The notes under the pieces were generated by a model. It was not told where the DNA came from, searched no databases, and saw only the letters and a program-made list of their open reading frames with translations. Positions 38,437 through 47,078 of a stretch of 64,000 nucleotides of DNA are shown piece after piece (the first letter of the stretch is position 1; every line of letters starts with the position of its first letter). The stretch is from NCBI GenBank assembly GCA_045635885.1, contig JAZTWO010000076.1, positions 81,842 through 145,841 on the forward strand, read 5' to 3'. The stretch comes from Eubacteriales bacterium (GTDB taxonomy: Bacteria > Bacillota > Clostridia > Oscillospirales > CAG-272). The position numbers and the translations under genes were made by a program.

Positions 38437-38832
38437 ATGAAAAAAACTAAAAAGGGATTAACCTTGGTAGAAGTTTTGGTTGGAATTACAGTGTTTAGCA
38501 TTGTGATTTTTGCACTGTTCACAGCGGTTGCTTCTATGCGAAAAATCGTTTTCCGCCAAGAAGAATACGTTAAAATCAAAATGGTGTGCTATGATATTGA
38601 TGCGTATATAGAAAAGTATAAAACCGATGGTGTTAATAAATATTTTGGTGATTATTACGATAATCAAAAGCATATTGGTTATCTAACATCAAAATTTGAA
38701 CCCATTTCGGATGGCGATACTAAAGCATATGAGATCAAATTTAATGGCAATGTAATAATTTCCATTACGTCAATAAAAGATGATCGAGTGTTTGTAGAAA
38801 ATCTTGATCTTGACAAAATTGGGAATAAATAA
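38437..38832 (+). CDS. Type IV prepilin-like protein (minor pilin/pseudopilin)
   Basis: MKKTKKG|LTLVEVLVGITVFSIVIFALF carries the class III signal with Glu5. 131 aa. Confidence 0.78.
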   Translation: MKKTKKGLTLVEVLVGITVFSIVIFALFTAVASMRKIVFRQEEYVKIKMVCYDIDAYIEKYKTDGVNKYFGDYYDNQKHIGYLTSKFEPISDGDTKAYEIKFNGNVIISITSIKDDRVFVENLDLDKIGNK

Positions 38833-38848
38833 TAGGAGGCAACACCTG

Positions 38849-39049
38849 ATGAAGAAAAAACAGACTAAAAAAGGTTATGTCCTCGCACTTGTTATTGTAA
38901 TAACGTTTATTTTAACAGTAACGGTAACATCAACCTTTACGCTTATTATGAGATATATGATCTTTGCACAAAAAGATCTGCAAAATTTTGCAGGTCCTAC
39001 ACAATCTGCAATTGTTTTGAATATGGAGGAGGGAATACATAATGCCTGA
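38849..39049 (+). CDS. Small (66 aa) pilin-like membrane protein lacking Glu5
   Basis: MKKKQTKKG|YVLALVIVITFILT has a basic leader, a Gly and a hydrophobic helix but no Glu5 (as in ComGG/GspK/PilX-type subunits). AGGAGG RBS lies 8 nt upstream of the ATG at 38849. Confidence 0.42.
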   Translation: MKKKQTKKGYVLALVIVITFILTVTVTSTFTLIMRYMIFAQKDLQNFAGPTQSAIVLNMEEGIHNA

Positions 39050-39842
39050 ATTAAGAATTATATTTGCTATTTTTTCATTTATACTTGGCGCAATATTTGC
39101 CAGCTTTGCGGGCGTTGTTGCATATAGACTTCCAAAGGGATTGTCCATTGTAAAGCCCGATTCATACTGCCCAAGTTGTAACAAACCAATTAAGTTTTAT
39201 GACAATATTCCTATTTTGTCTTGGATTATTCTCGGTGGAAAGTGCAGGGGATGCAAGGCAAAAATCGGTGTATTTTCACTTTTAATGGAGATTTTTGGTG
39301 GACTTGGATTTATGTTTGCATATTTGCAATATGGCGAAAAGGCAAAGACATTGCCCGTGTTCATTGCTCTTATGCTCTTGGTATTTCTGTTCGTTATTAT
39401 CGCAGGAATCGACCACGAAACTCATGAAATTTATAATATCACTCTTATTTTCTATGCCGCTATTGCCGTGTTTATCACATTCTATCGTGCGGCAGCATTA
39501 AGAGCAGATATTTGGGAACACATTTTTGGCGCTTTGTTTGGTTTCGGCTTCTTCTTGGCTATCAAATTAGTTGCTAAAATAGTGCTTAAAAAAGATGCGC
39601 TTGGTTCAGGTGACATCTATCTTGTTGGAATTGGTGGTTTTATTGTTGGAGTTTTACCACTTTTGCTTTCAATTATCATTGCAACATTCTTGGGTTCAAT
39701 AATTGAAATTATCAAAATCAAAACTTCAAAGTCGGAACGTGACGCAGAAATTGCATTTGGTCCATATCTTCTTCTTGGAATCGGTTTGATGTCAATTTTT
39801 GGTGAAATTCTTATGAAATTCTATTGGGAGGTACTACTTTAA
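39042..39842 (+). CDS. pilD: Prepilin peptidase / N-methyltransferase (A24 family)
   Basis: CPSCNKPI...CRGCKAKI zinc-binding pairs, and two catalytic Asp contexts: AGIDHETHEIY and LGSGDIYLVG. Confidence 0.9.
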   Translation: MPELRIIFAIFSFILGAIFASFAGVVAYRLPKGLSIVKPDSYCPSCNKPIKFYDNIPILSWIILGGKCRGCKAKIGVFSLLMEIFGGLGFMFAYLQYGEKAKTLPVFIALMLLVFLFVIIAGIDHETHEIYNITLIFYAAIAVFITFYRAAALRADIWEHIFGALFGFGFFLAIKLVAKIVLKKDALGSGDIYLVGIGGFIVGVLPLLLSIIIATFLGSIIEIIKIKTSKSERDAEIAFGPYLLLGIGLMSIFGEILMKFYWEVLL

Positions 39843-41047
39843 TGCCTTTATATAAGTGTAAAGTTATTAACTCTTCAGGACAACGTCAAACCGTCCTTAG
39901 AGAAGCGGGTGATGATATAAGCTTGCGTGCCCAAATGCGCCAAGACCAAATTCACCTTCTTAGCTTTACTGCCGTTAAAGAAGAAAAGCAAAATGAATTC
40001 TTTGCCGTTAGTAGTAAGGTTAAATTTAACGAAGTAATAACATTCTTTAGACAATTTTCGGTTATGTTAAAGGCGGGTATTCCGCTTGGCGAGTGCTTGA
40101 ATATCTTGCACAAGCAGAAATTTAGCATACCTTTTAGAAATATTTTGCAAACTGTTTATCTTGACGTTGAATCAGGAGTTTTGCTTTCTGATGCCTTTGC
40201 TAAACACCCCAAGGTTTTCCCAAAATTCTTTGTTAGCATGGTTGCAATTGGTGAAGTCAGCGGCTCTCTTGATAAGGTTATGTCAAATATGGCAGACTAT
40301 TATGAAAACGATAGAAGAATTAGAAAAAAAGCTTCTTCAGCATTGGTTTATCCCATGTTGCTCGTTTCAATGATTTTTGCCGTAATTATTTTCTTGTGTT
40401 TGTTCGTTCTTCCAAAGTTTGAAGAAACCATTAACCAACTTGGTGGTGACGTTCCTGCTATTACAAAAATAGTTATGGGTGCTTCAGAATTTGTTCAAAC
40501 CTATATTTTCCTTATTATTCCTATCGCCGGAATTGTTGGTTTGTTGGTGTTTTTGTTCTTCAAAACCAAAACAGGAAAGTATGTTAAGGACGTATTAATG
40601 TTGAATCTTCCTCTTGTATCAAACATTCAGAAAAACTTGATTACATCACGTTTTGCAAGAGCATTCATTATCCTTTTGGGTAGTGGTATGAATATGATTG
40701 ATATTCTTGAAAATCTTCAAAAAATGCTTGGCAACGAAGTGTTTACAAGAAAATTCGATTATACTGTTGAAGAGGTTAAGCGTGGTAGAAGAATTGCCGC
40801 TTCTATTGAAGCTACAGGACTTTTCCCGGCTATGCTTACACAGATGATTAACGTTGGTGAAAAGAGTGGTAATATCGAAGAAGTTTTGGATTCTGCAGGA
40901 TCATTCTTTGATGAACAGGTTGAATCAAGTATTGCCAAGGCAGTTGCAGCAATCGAACCGGTATGTCTTATTTTGCTTGGCGGAGTTGTATGTATGGTAG
41001 TCCTTTCAGTTCTTGTTCCTATGATGTCTATGATGGCTGCAGTTTAA
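39842..41047 (+). CDS. pilC: Type IV pilus / T2SS platform protein (GspF/PilC family)
   Basis: 401 aa with two T2SSF repeats (FFRQFSVMLKAGIPL...; FARAFIILLGSGMNM...) and three TM segments. TAATG overlap with pilD. Confidence 0.9.
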   Translation: MPLYKCKVINSSGQRQTVLREAGDDISLRAQMRQDQIHLLSFTAVKEEKQNEFFAVSSKVKFNEVITFFRQFSVMLKAGIPLGECLNILHKQKFSIPFRNILQTVYLDVESGVLLSDAFAKHPKVFPKFFVSMVAIGEVSGSLDKVMSNMADYYENDRRIRKKASSALVYPMLLVSMIFAVIIFLCLFVLPKFEETINQLGGDVPAITKIVMGASEFVQTYIFLIIPIAGIVGLLVFLFFKTKTGKYVKDVLMLNLPLVSNIQKNLITSRFARAFIILLGSGMNMIDILENLQKMLGNEVFTRKFDYTVEEVKRGRRIAASIEATGLFPAMLTQMINVGEKSGNIEEVLDSAGSFFDEQVESSIAKAVAAIEPVCLILLGGVVCMVVLSVLVPMMSMMAAV

Positions 41048-41060
41048 GGAGGGGTAAGAT

Positions 41061-42722
41061 ATGATTTTTAATAAATTATTTTCAAAATATCTTATTGACG
41101 AGTCAATTCTCAAGCGTGATATTGCAGAGCAATATTATGCAAAGGCAGATTCACTTGATTCTCCTATGTACATTGAGCTTATAAACGACAAAGTTCTTGA
41201 TGAAGAGAATATTTATCGTGCGCTTGCTGACTTTTTGGGATTTGAATATAGATTCTATCAGCTTTCAGAAATCAATCTTGATTTTATCAGAAAATATCCT
41301 CGAGATTTGTTGCTTGAATATCAAGGCGTTCCTATTGAAGTAAAAGATGGTGTGTTGGTTATTCTTTCTTCCAATCCTTTTAGAATTGAAGAGTTTAACG
41401 AATTGCTTGGTCCAAAGTCAAAAAAGTTAAAATTTGTGCTTAGCCCACCCACTCAGATGAAGCGAATTCTTGACTATGCAAATAACAAGATTCAGCAGAA
41501 TGAGGCGATGGACGAGTATATTAAGAATAATAACACTGAAAAAGAGGAAATAGACCCCGATGCTCCCATTGATGCTCCCGTTATTAAGCTTTGTGACTCT
41601 ATTTTGATAGACGCAATTAACCGTGGAGCGAGTGATATTCATATCGAGCCATTTAATAAAGTGGTGTTTATTCGTTTCAGAATTGACGGTAAACTTCAAA
41701 AAATTGATGAATTAACTCCACATTTGTATCCTGCTATGCTTGCAAGATATAAAATTATGGCAGAGCTTAATATCGCAGAAAGAAGAATTCCTCAGGACGG
41801 TAAGATAAGTCTTACTATTGAGGGTAACACATACGACTTCCGTGTTTCAACAGTTCCCACAATTCATGGTGAGAAAATCGTTATTCGTATTTATAGCCGT
41901 TCATTTAATTCAAGTGATATGTCCACATTGGGCTTCTCAGAAAAGCAAACGGAACTTATTATGGGTATGATTACTCGTCCCCACGGAATTATTTTGCTTA
42001 CAGGTCCTACGGGAAGTGGTAAGTCAACAACTCTTTACACATTCCTTAGATATTTGGCAAAAGAAGATACAAACATTATGACTGTTGAAGACCCTGTCGA
42101 AAATGAAATTCAGGGTATTAATCAGGTTCAAGTTAACCCCAAGGCAAATCTTACCTTTGCCGCTGCACTTAGAAGCTTTTTACGTCAGGACCCCAACGTA
42201 ATTATGATTGGTGAGATTCGTGACGAAGAAACTGCTCAGATTGCAACAAGAGCTGCTATTACTGGTCACTTGGTTCTTTCATCAATCCATACAAATGATG
42301 CTGCAGGTGTTGTTACAAGACTTATAAATATGGGTATTCCCAAGTATCTTGTTGCCGACTCTTTACTTGGTGCTATTTCACAGCGACTTGTTAGAAAGCT
42401 TTGTCCCAAATGTAAAGTGGCAAAAACTACTTCACATGCTGAAATGGCATTACTTGGAGTTAAAGAGCCCGTTACAATTTTTGAGCCAGCAGGATGTGGC
42501 TATTGTAATAATACAGGTTACATTGGACGTATCGGTGTGTTTGAAATAATGGTTTTGACAGATGAAATGAAAGAAATTATTATGTCTGATTCATTTACAA
42601 GTGAAAAAATCGGACTTATTGTTGAAAGAGACATGACAACAATTCTTAGCCATACCAAAGAAAGAGTTTTGGATGGTATTACAAGTCTTGAAGAATACGA
42701 TCAGCTTGTTGATATAGTTTAA
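41061..42722 (+). CDS. pilB: Type IV pilus assembly ATPase (GspE/PilB family)
   Basis: N-terminal GSPII_E_N-like domain, Walker A GPTGSGKSTT, Asp box, Walker B VIMIGEIRD, His box, and the tetracysteine CPKC...CGYC typical of extension rather than retraction ATPases. Confidence 0.92.
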   Translation: MIFNKLFSKYLIDESILKRDIAEQYYAKADSLDSPMYIELINDKVLDEENIYRALADFLGFEYRFYQLSEINLDFIRKYPRDLLLEYQGVPIEVKDGVLVILSSNPFRIEEFNELLGPKSKKLKFVLSPPTQMKRILDYANNKIQQNEAMDEYIKNNNTEKEEIDPDAPIDAPVIKLCDSILIDAINRGASDIHIEPFNKVVFIRFRIDGKLQKIDELTPHLYPAMLARYKIMAELNIAERRIPQDGKISLTIEGNTYDFRVSTVPTIHGEKIVIRIYSRSFNSSDMSTLGFSEKQTELIMGMITRPHGIILLTGPTGSGKSTTLYTFLRYLAKEDTNIMTVEDPVENEIQGINQVQVNPKANLTFAAALRSFLRQDPNVIMIGEIRDEETAQIATRAAITGHLVLSSIHTNDAAGVVTRLINMGIPKYLVADSLLGAISQRLVRKLCPKCKVAKTTSHAEMALLGVKEPVTIFEPAGCGYCNNTGYIGRIGVFEIMVLTDEMKEIIMSDSFTSEKIGLIVERDMTTILSHTKERVLDGITSLEEYDQLVDIV

Positions 42723-42735
42723 TACTAAATAAAAT

Positions 42736-42772
42736 AACCTTAGTATAACGATTATACTAAGGTTGTTTTTTT
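42736..42772. terminator. Bidirectional intrinsic terminator (pilB / LRR gene)
   Basis: AACCTTAGTATA / TATACTAAGGTT 12-bp perfect stem flanked by an A-run and a T-run. Confidence 0.85.
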
Positions 42773-43433
42773 ATTGAAATGTTGAGTAATTAATTCCAAA
42801 GCTTTGTGCATATTTTTGTGCATAGGAATTTTTTTCGCAGTAGATCGTTAGACTTTTAGAACAAGAGTCAAAAGCCCCGTATCCAATAACCTCAACACCG
42901 CTTGCGATATAAACAGTGGAGAGGGCATAGCAACCATTAAAGGCAAACCAATCTATTTCCTTACAGGATGAAGGCAGGGTTATGCTTTTAACTTTAGAAT
43001 CGGCAAATGCACTCTCGCCAATCTTTAAAATGGGCAATTGTTCAATTTGATTTGGAATTTGAACGGATGTTTGATTACCTGTATATTTGGTAATTGTAAT
43101 GCCTCCGTTTTCTTTTATGTATTCGAATGGCAAATCATCTTCAACTGGAGTATTGGTAGCATTGCTTTTATTACTAGTTGTGGTTGTGGGATTTTTTTGG
43201 GTTGTAATTTGAGTGCTATTTTGCCCATTGTTTGGCTTATTGTTGATGTTAATGATTGAATTTATCAATTCTGATTGGTTATTCAATTTATCTTTAAGTG
43301 AAGAAATTTCATTTTGATAATTTTCTTTAATTGATTTTTCAATCTTTTGATTGATTTGCTTTCCACCAACAAAAATGCTTAAAAGAGCTACCGCCAAAAA
43401 TAGAATTACTGATGTGATGTTAATATACTTCAT
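42771..43433 (-). CDS. Membrane-anchored leucine-rich-repeat (BspA/LRR_5-like) surface protein
   Basis: N-terminal TM anchor, a coiled coil, an N/T/Q-rich linker, then LRR_5-type repeats (FADSKVKSITLPSSCKEIDWFAFNGCYALSTVYIASGVEVIGYGAFDSC). Confidence 0.75.
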   Translation of the reverse strand: MKYINITSVILFLAVALLSIFVGGKQINQKIEKSIKENYQNEISSLKDKLNNQSELINSIININNKPNNGQNSTQITTQKNPTTTTSNKSNATNTPVEDDLPFEYIKENGGITITKYTGNQTSVQIPNQIEQLPILKIGESAFADSKVKSITLPSSCKEIDWFAFNGCYALSTVYIASGVEVIGYGAFDSCSKSLTIYCEKNSYAQKYAQSFGINYSTFQ

Positions 43434-43440
43434 AAAATTT

Positions 43441-43487
43441 AACCTCCGTTTTTTTATAGTTAATAAACTATATGAAACACGGAGGTT
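43441..43487 (-). promoter_or_regulatory. Long imperfect hairpin containing the SD of the LRR gene
   Basis: AACCTCCG (43441-43448) pairs with CGGAGGTT (43480-43487), with inner TATAGTT/AACTATA pairing. On the minus strand the 3' arm is the GGAGG located 8 nt before the ATG. Confidence 0.4.
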
Positions 43488-43495
43488 AATTATTC

Positions 43496-44236
43496 TTATT
43501 TGATTTCAAATTCTTGTTTTTCTGTTACAACAAATGCCTCAAGGCAAGTTTTGCCCTCAAAACCGACGGTTTTGAAATAGAATGTGTTGTCTTCTTGTGT
43601 TCTATAAATGTCAATTTCGTCGTTGTAAATTGCACCTTGAATAAATGAAAGCATTAATTCCTTAACTCTGTAATTTTCGGGAGAGGGAAGAAAATCAATT
43701 AACATGTTGGGATAATGAGTATTGTTCATGTGTTTGTTATAGTCAATATCACTATACACAATTTTTCTTTTTCCAATATGTTCTAATTCTTTATTCAAGG
43801 GGAATTTGATTTTTCTTGGCATATTTACATCAAGTGATGTTTCATCAACAAAGTTATTTTCAAACTTGGTAACAGGCAGAAGCTTGTGATTTTCAATATC
43901 AATTAAACACCAAGTTGTTAATGCATCTGCAATAATTGCATCACCCTTTTTCACCCTAAAGCTTCTGTAAAAAGTAAATCCCCTTGACTCAACACCTGTC
44001 CAAGTATCCACAGTTATGTTATCATAAGCGTGGGCGGGTTCATAGAACCTCATATATACCTTGGTTAAAATAAATGCCTGATGAAGAACGTCTCTAATGT
44101 ATTCAAGCGAAGGATATATGGTTTTAATGTGGTAATGTGTAGTTTCTTGCATAAGGGTGAGTATAGCAGATGGTGTTATCTCACGATTGGCATTTGTGTC
44201 GTGCCAACGAATAGTGTATTCTTTTGAAAATTTCAT
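43496..44236 (-). CDS. Acyl-[acyl-carrier-protein] thioesterase
   Basis: 246 aa double hot-dog organisation. IRWHDTNANREITPSAILTLMQE at the N-terminus and YSDIDYNKHMNNTHY in the second half are typical of bacterial FatA/B-like thioesterases. Confidence 0.83.
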   Translation of the reverse strand: MKFSKEYTIRWHDTNANREITPSAILTLMQETTHYHIKTIYPSLEYIRDVLHQAFILTKVYMRFYEPAHAYDNITVDTWTGVESRGFTFYRSFRVKKGDAIIADALTTWCLIDIENHKLLPVTKFENNFVDETSLDVNMPRKIKFPLNKELEHIGKRKIVYSDIDYNKHMNNTHYPNMLIDFLPSPENYRVKELMLSFIQGAIYNDEIDIYRTQEDNTFYFKTVGFEGKTCLEAFVVTEKQEFEIK

Positions 44237-44248
44237 TTATACCTCATA

Positions 44249-44617
44249 TTAAAAATTGTTAAAAGTTGGTGGATTTGAAAGTCCAAAGCTAACTGCTATA
44301 GCAGAGTTAACTTCATTCATGGTAATATCGTCAAGATGCCCCATTTTTTCTTTTAAACGTTGTTTATCAATTGTTCTGATTTGTTCAAGCAAAATAACGG
44401 AATCTTTTGCAAGACCAACCTCGTTAGCGTGAATATCAATATGTGTGGGAAGATGGGTTTTTCCCATTTTTGATGTAATTGCAGCCGCTATAACGGTTGG
44501 ACTGTATCTATTTCCTATATCATTTTGTACAATTAAAACCGGCCTAAGTCCACCTTGCTCTGAACCGATTACGGGACTTAAATCGGCATAGAAAATATCC
44601 CCTCGTTTAACACTCAT
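44249..44617 (-). CDS. mazF: MazF/EndoA (PemK family) mRNA interferase toxin
   Basis: [47 protein letters not shown]...LPTHIDI...[17 protein letters not shown] is collinear with, and highly similar to, B. subtilis EndoA (NdoA) as I remember it. AGGAGG RBS. Confidence 0.92.
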   Translation of the reverse strand: MSVKRGDIFYADLSPVIGSEQGGLRPVLIVQNDIGNRYSPTVIAAAITSKMGKTHLPTHIDIHANEVGLAKDSVILLEQIRTIDKQRLKEKMGHLDDITMNEVNSAIAVSFGLSNPPTFNNF

Positions 44618-44800
44618 TTTTTACCTCCTTAATGGATAAGAGTTTATCTTATCAATCATACAGGTATATTTTTTCCTTTTTTTAGATTGTTTTAGTCACT
44701 TAAACATAAAAAATCAAAAGGAAATTTTTTGCTGATTTACTGTACTGATAACAGTATATTTTTGTTAGTATTTTTTGTGTTAAAAAGTTGATATTTGGTG

Positions 44801-46921
44801 TTAAAACTCGAAAACTACCTTTCCGTTTTCAAGTTTTAAAAAGGCATCAAATTTTGAACCTTTTTTAGAAGTGAATCCTTGTATTTTGGATGTTTTTCCA
44901 TTTGTTAAAAGCATTTCCACATTTGACTTAGAAATTGAACGTCCTAAAATGTATGATCCAACAGAGAATTTGCAATTTAATTCTTTGTAATTAGAACAGC
45001 AATATGAATATTTCATTCGCTTAACGTCGCCACCGCAAAGAGGGCATTTGCCGACTATGTCGCCAACGAATCCGCTATCAGTATCAAGTTCGATTGGAAT
45101 GTCTTTTAATTGAAAAATAGCAGAAAGCTCGGTTTCAGTTAACTTAATTGCTTCTTCTATTGACATTTTTCCGTGATAAACTTTTTTAAGAGCTTGTCCA
45201 AGTTGACTCGTCTTGTATTTATCCATATTAATGTCCATTCTGGTAAGTGATTCAATTAAGAATATTCCACCGGGAAGAATGGTGTAAACGTCCTTGTTGA
45301 GATTGATATACTGGCTGTTGCGTGCATTATCAATAATTCCTGTACGAGTTGCTTCAGTACCAAGTTCAAGACCTTCGAATATCGCTTTATAATCTTCTGT
45401 ATCGTCGGTATTATAGTTGTCTTCAGATGCAGCCTTATCTTCGGCATTAGCTTTATCTTCTTTAAATGGATTTTTTAAGTAATTGTTAAGGGTTTCGATT
45501 GTATAATGCTTGGGTGGTGCAGTTTCTTTTTCAACCGGTTTAAAATTGATGTTTACTATATCGCCTTTAGCAAGTTTGGGCAAAATTTTGTCTTTTTGAT
45601 TGTAATCATCATATTTTGTCCAACCTTTTTGAACGATAACTGTGCCCTTGATAGAAAATTCCTCATACTCTCCAACCTTTATTGTAATTTCGCTGCGTTC
45701 AACAATGCATTCTTCAGAGCAGAAAACTGCAATAAATCTGCGGAACACAGTTGAATATACCTTCATTTCGTCAGGAGTGAGCTTAGATGCCTCGGGAATT
45801 TTATATGTTGGTGTTAAAGCAGAATGGGATTCAATTTTAGAATCATCAAAAATCTTTTTGGAAAATTTAAACTCTACAGGATAACCCAGCTTTTTACAAT
45901 TTTCAAGAATTGTTTTAACCTTGCCTTGCTCGGTTGTTGCAAGATATTCGGAGTTGGTTCTTGGGTATGTCAAATATCCGTTTTCATAAAGCTTTTGAAT
46001 TATATCCAAGCTCTGTTTCATTGACATTTTATATTTTTTACCAAGAACGTTTTGCAATTTAGAAAGAGAATATAACTTGCCTGGATGCAAGGTGTCTTTT
46101 TTGCGTTTTACGTTAGTAACAATTGCAGTTGAAGCATTATATTTATCACAGAGTTCTTGGGCTTTGAATAATTGATCTTTGGGGAATTTTTCTTTGCCGT
46201 TGAGTTCAACTACTTCGCCATTTGTAAATTCTTTACTTGCTATTATGTAATATGTTTCGGGCACAAAGTTTTTAATTGCCATATCTCTGTCATAAATAGC
46301 TTTAACAATTGGTACAATAACTCTACCAACACGTAATAACGTTCCCGTTTTAAGCGTTGCATATCTTGTTAAGTTTACACCATAAAGCCAGTCAATATAA
46401 GTTCTTGCAAGTCCTTCGTTGGCAAGGTTGATATATTCATAATCGGGCTTCATTTCCGTTAATGCTTTTGCAACGGTTTGCGGAGTCTGGTCGGGGAGCC
46501 AAAGGCGTCGGATTTCTTTAGTTGTCTCTAGGGCATTTTGTATGCACAATCTAACAATTATTTCACCTTCACGGTCGGCATCCCCTGCGTTAATAATCAT
46601 ATCAACGTCAGGACGATTGCATAACTGCTTGATGATGTTAAATTGCTTGGCAACTCCCGAATCTACCTGCTTTTTAGCGTCTTTTTTTAATTCAAAAACA
46701 AATTGACTTGGAAAACAGGGAAGATTGTCCATAGTCCAACGATTACTGCCATCGGGAGATGGAGAATAGTATTCAATATCTGCAAGGGAGAAAAGGTGAC
46801 CAAATGCCCATGTGATAAGATAACCGTTACCTTCAAGATAACCATTTCTGTTATTCATTTTTCCAATGCCCGCACCAATATTTCGCGCAAGACTTGGTTT
46901 TTCTGCAATAATCAGTCTCAT
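44801..46921 (-). CDS. topB: DNA topoisomerase III
   Basis: MRLIIAEKPS TOPRIM start, DADREGE, the active-site tyrosine context GYLTYPRTNS, and a C-terminal CPLCGG zinc-ribbon region. Confidence 0.92.
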   Translation of the reverse strand: MRLIIAEKPSLARNIGAGIGKMNNRNGYLEGNGYLITWAFGHLFSLADIEYYSPSPDGSNRWTMDNLPCFPSQFVFELKKDAKKQVDSGVAKQFNIIKQLCNRPDVDMIINAGDADREGEIIVRLCIQNALETTKEIRRLWLPDQTPQTVAKALTEMKPDYEYINLANEGLARTYIDWLYGVNLTRYATLKTGTLLRVGRVIVPIVKAIYDRDMAIKNFVPETYYIIASKEFTNGEVVELNGKEKFPKDQLFKAQELCDKYNASTAIVTNVKRKKDTLHPGKLYSLSKLQNVLGKKYKMSMKQSLDIIQKLYENGYLTYPRTNSEYLATTEQGKVKTILENCKKLGYPVEFKFSKKIFDDSKIESHSALTPTYKIPEASKLTPDEMKVYSTVFRRFIAVFCSEECIVERSEITIKVGEYEEFSIKGTVIVQKGWTKYDDYNQKDKILPKLAKGDIVNINFKPVEKETAPPKHYTIETLNNYLKNPFKEDKANAEDKAASEDNYNTDDTEDYKAIFEGLELGTEATRTGIIDNARNSQYINLNKDVYTILPGGIFLIESLTRMDINMDKYKTSQLGQALKKVYHGKMSIEEAIKLTETELSAIFQLKDIPIELDTDSGFVGDIVGKCPLCGGDVKRMKYSYCCSNYKELNCKFSVGSYILGRSISKSNVEMLLTNGKTSKIQGFTSKKGSKFDAFLKLENGKVVFEF

Positions 46922-47029
46922 GTTTTTCTCCTTTCACGCAGTATTCTTTAGTATTATACATTAATTCTGCACTGATGTCAAGGAATAAAAGATAATATAT
47001 ATAAATTATATATAATATTAAAATAAAAC

Positions 47030-47058
47030 TTGACTTTGTGTTGACAATAGTATATAAT
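47030..47058 (+). promoter_or_regulatory. Sigma-A promoter for miaB
   Basis: TTGACT (47030-47035), a 17-nt spacer, TATAAT (47053-47058). Confidence 0.5.
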
Positions 47059-47078
47059 AAGATGATATATTATGTATT

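Noticed and set aside
44738-44756. Palindrome TACTGT-N7-ACAGTA upstream of mazF, resembling an E. coli-type LexA box.
   Set aside because: The spacing is one nt short of CTG-N10-CAG, and Firmicutes use the GAAC-N4-GTTC Cheo box. It may be a weak topB 3' hairpin or a local operator, but it cannot be assigned.
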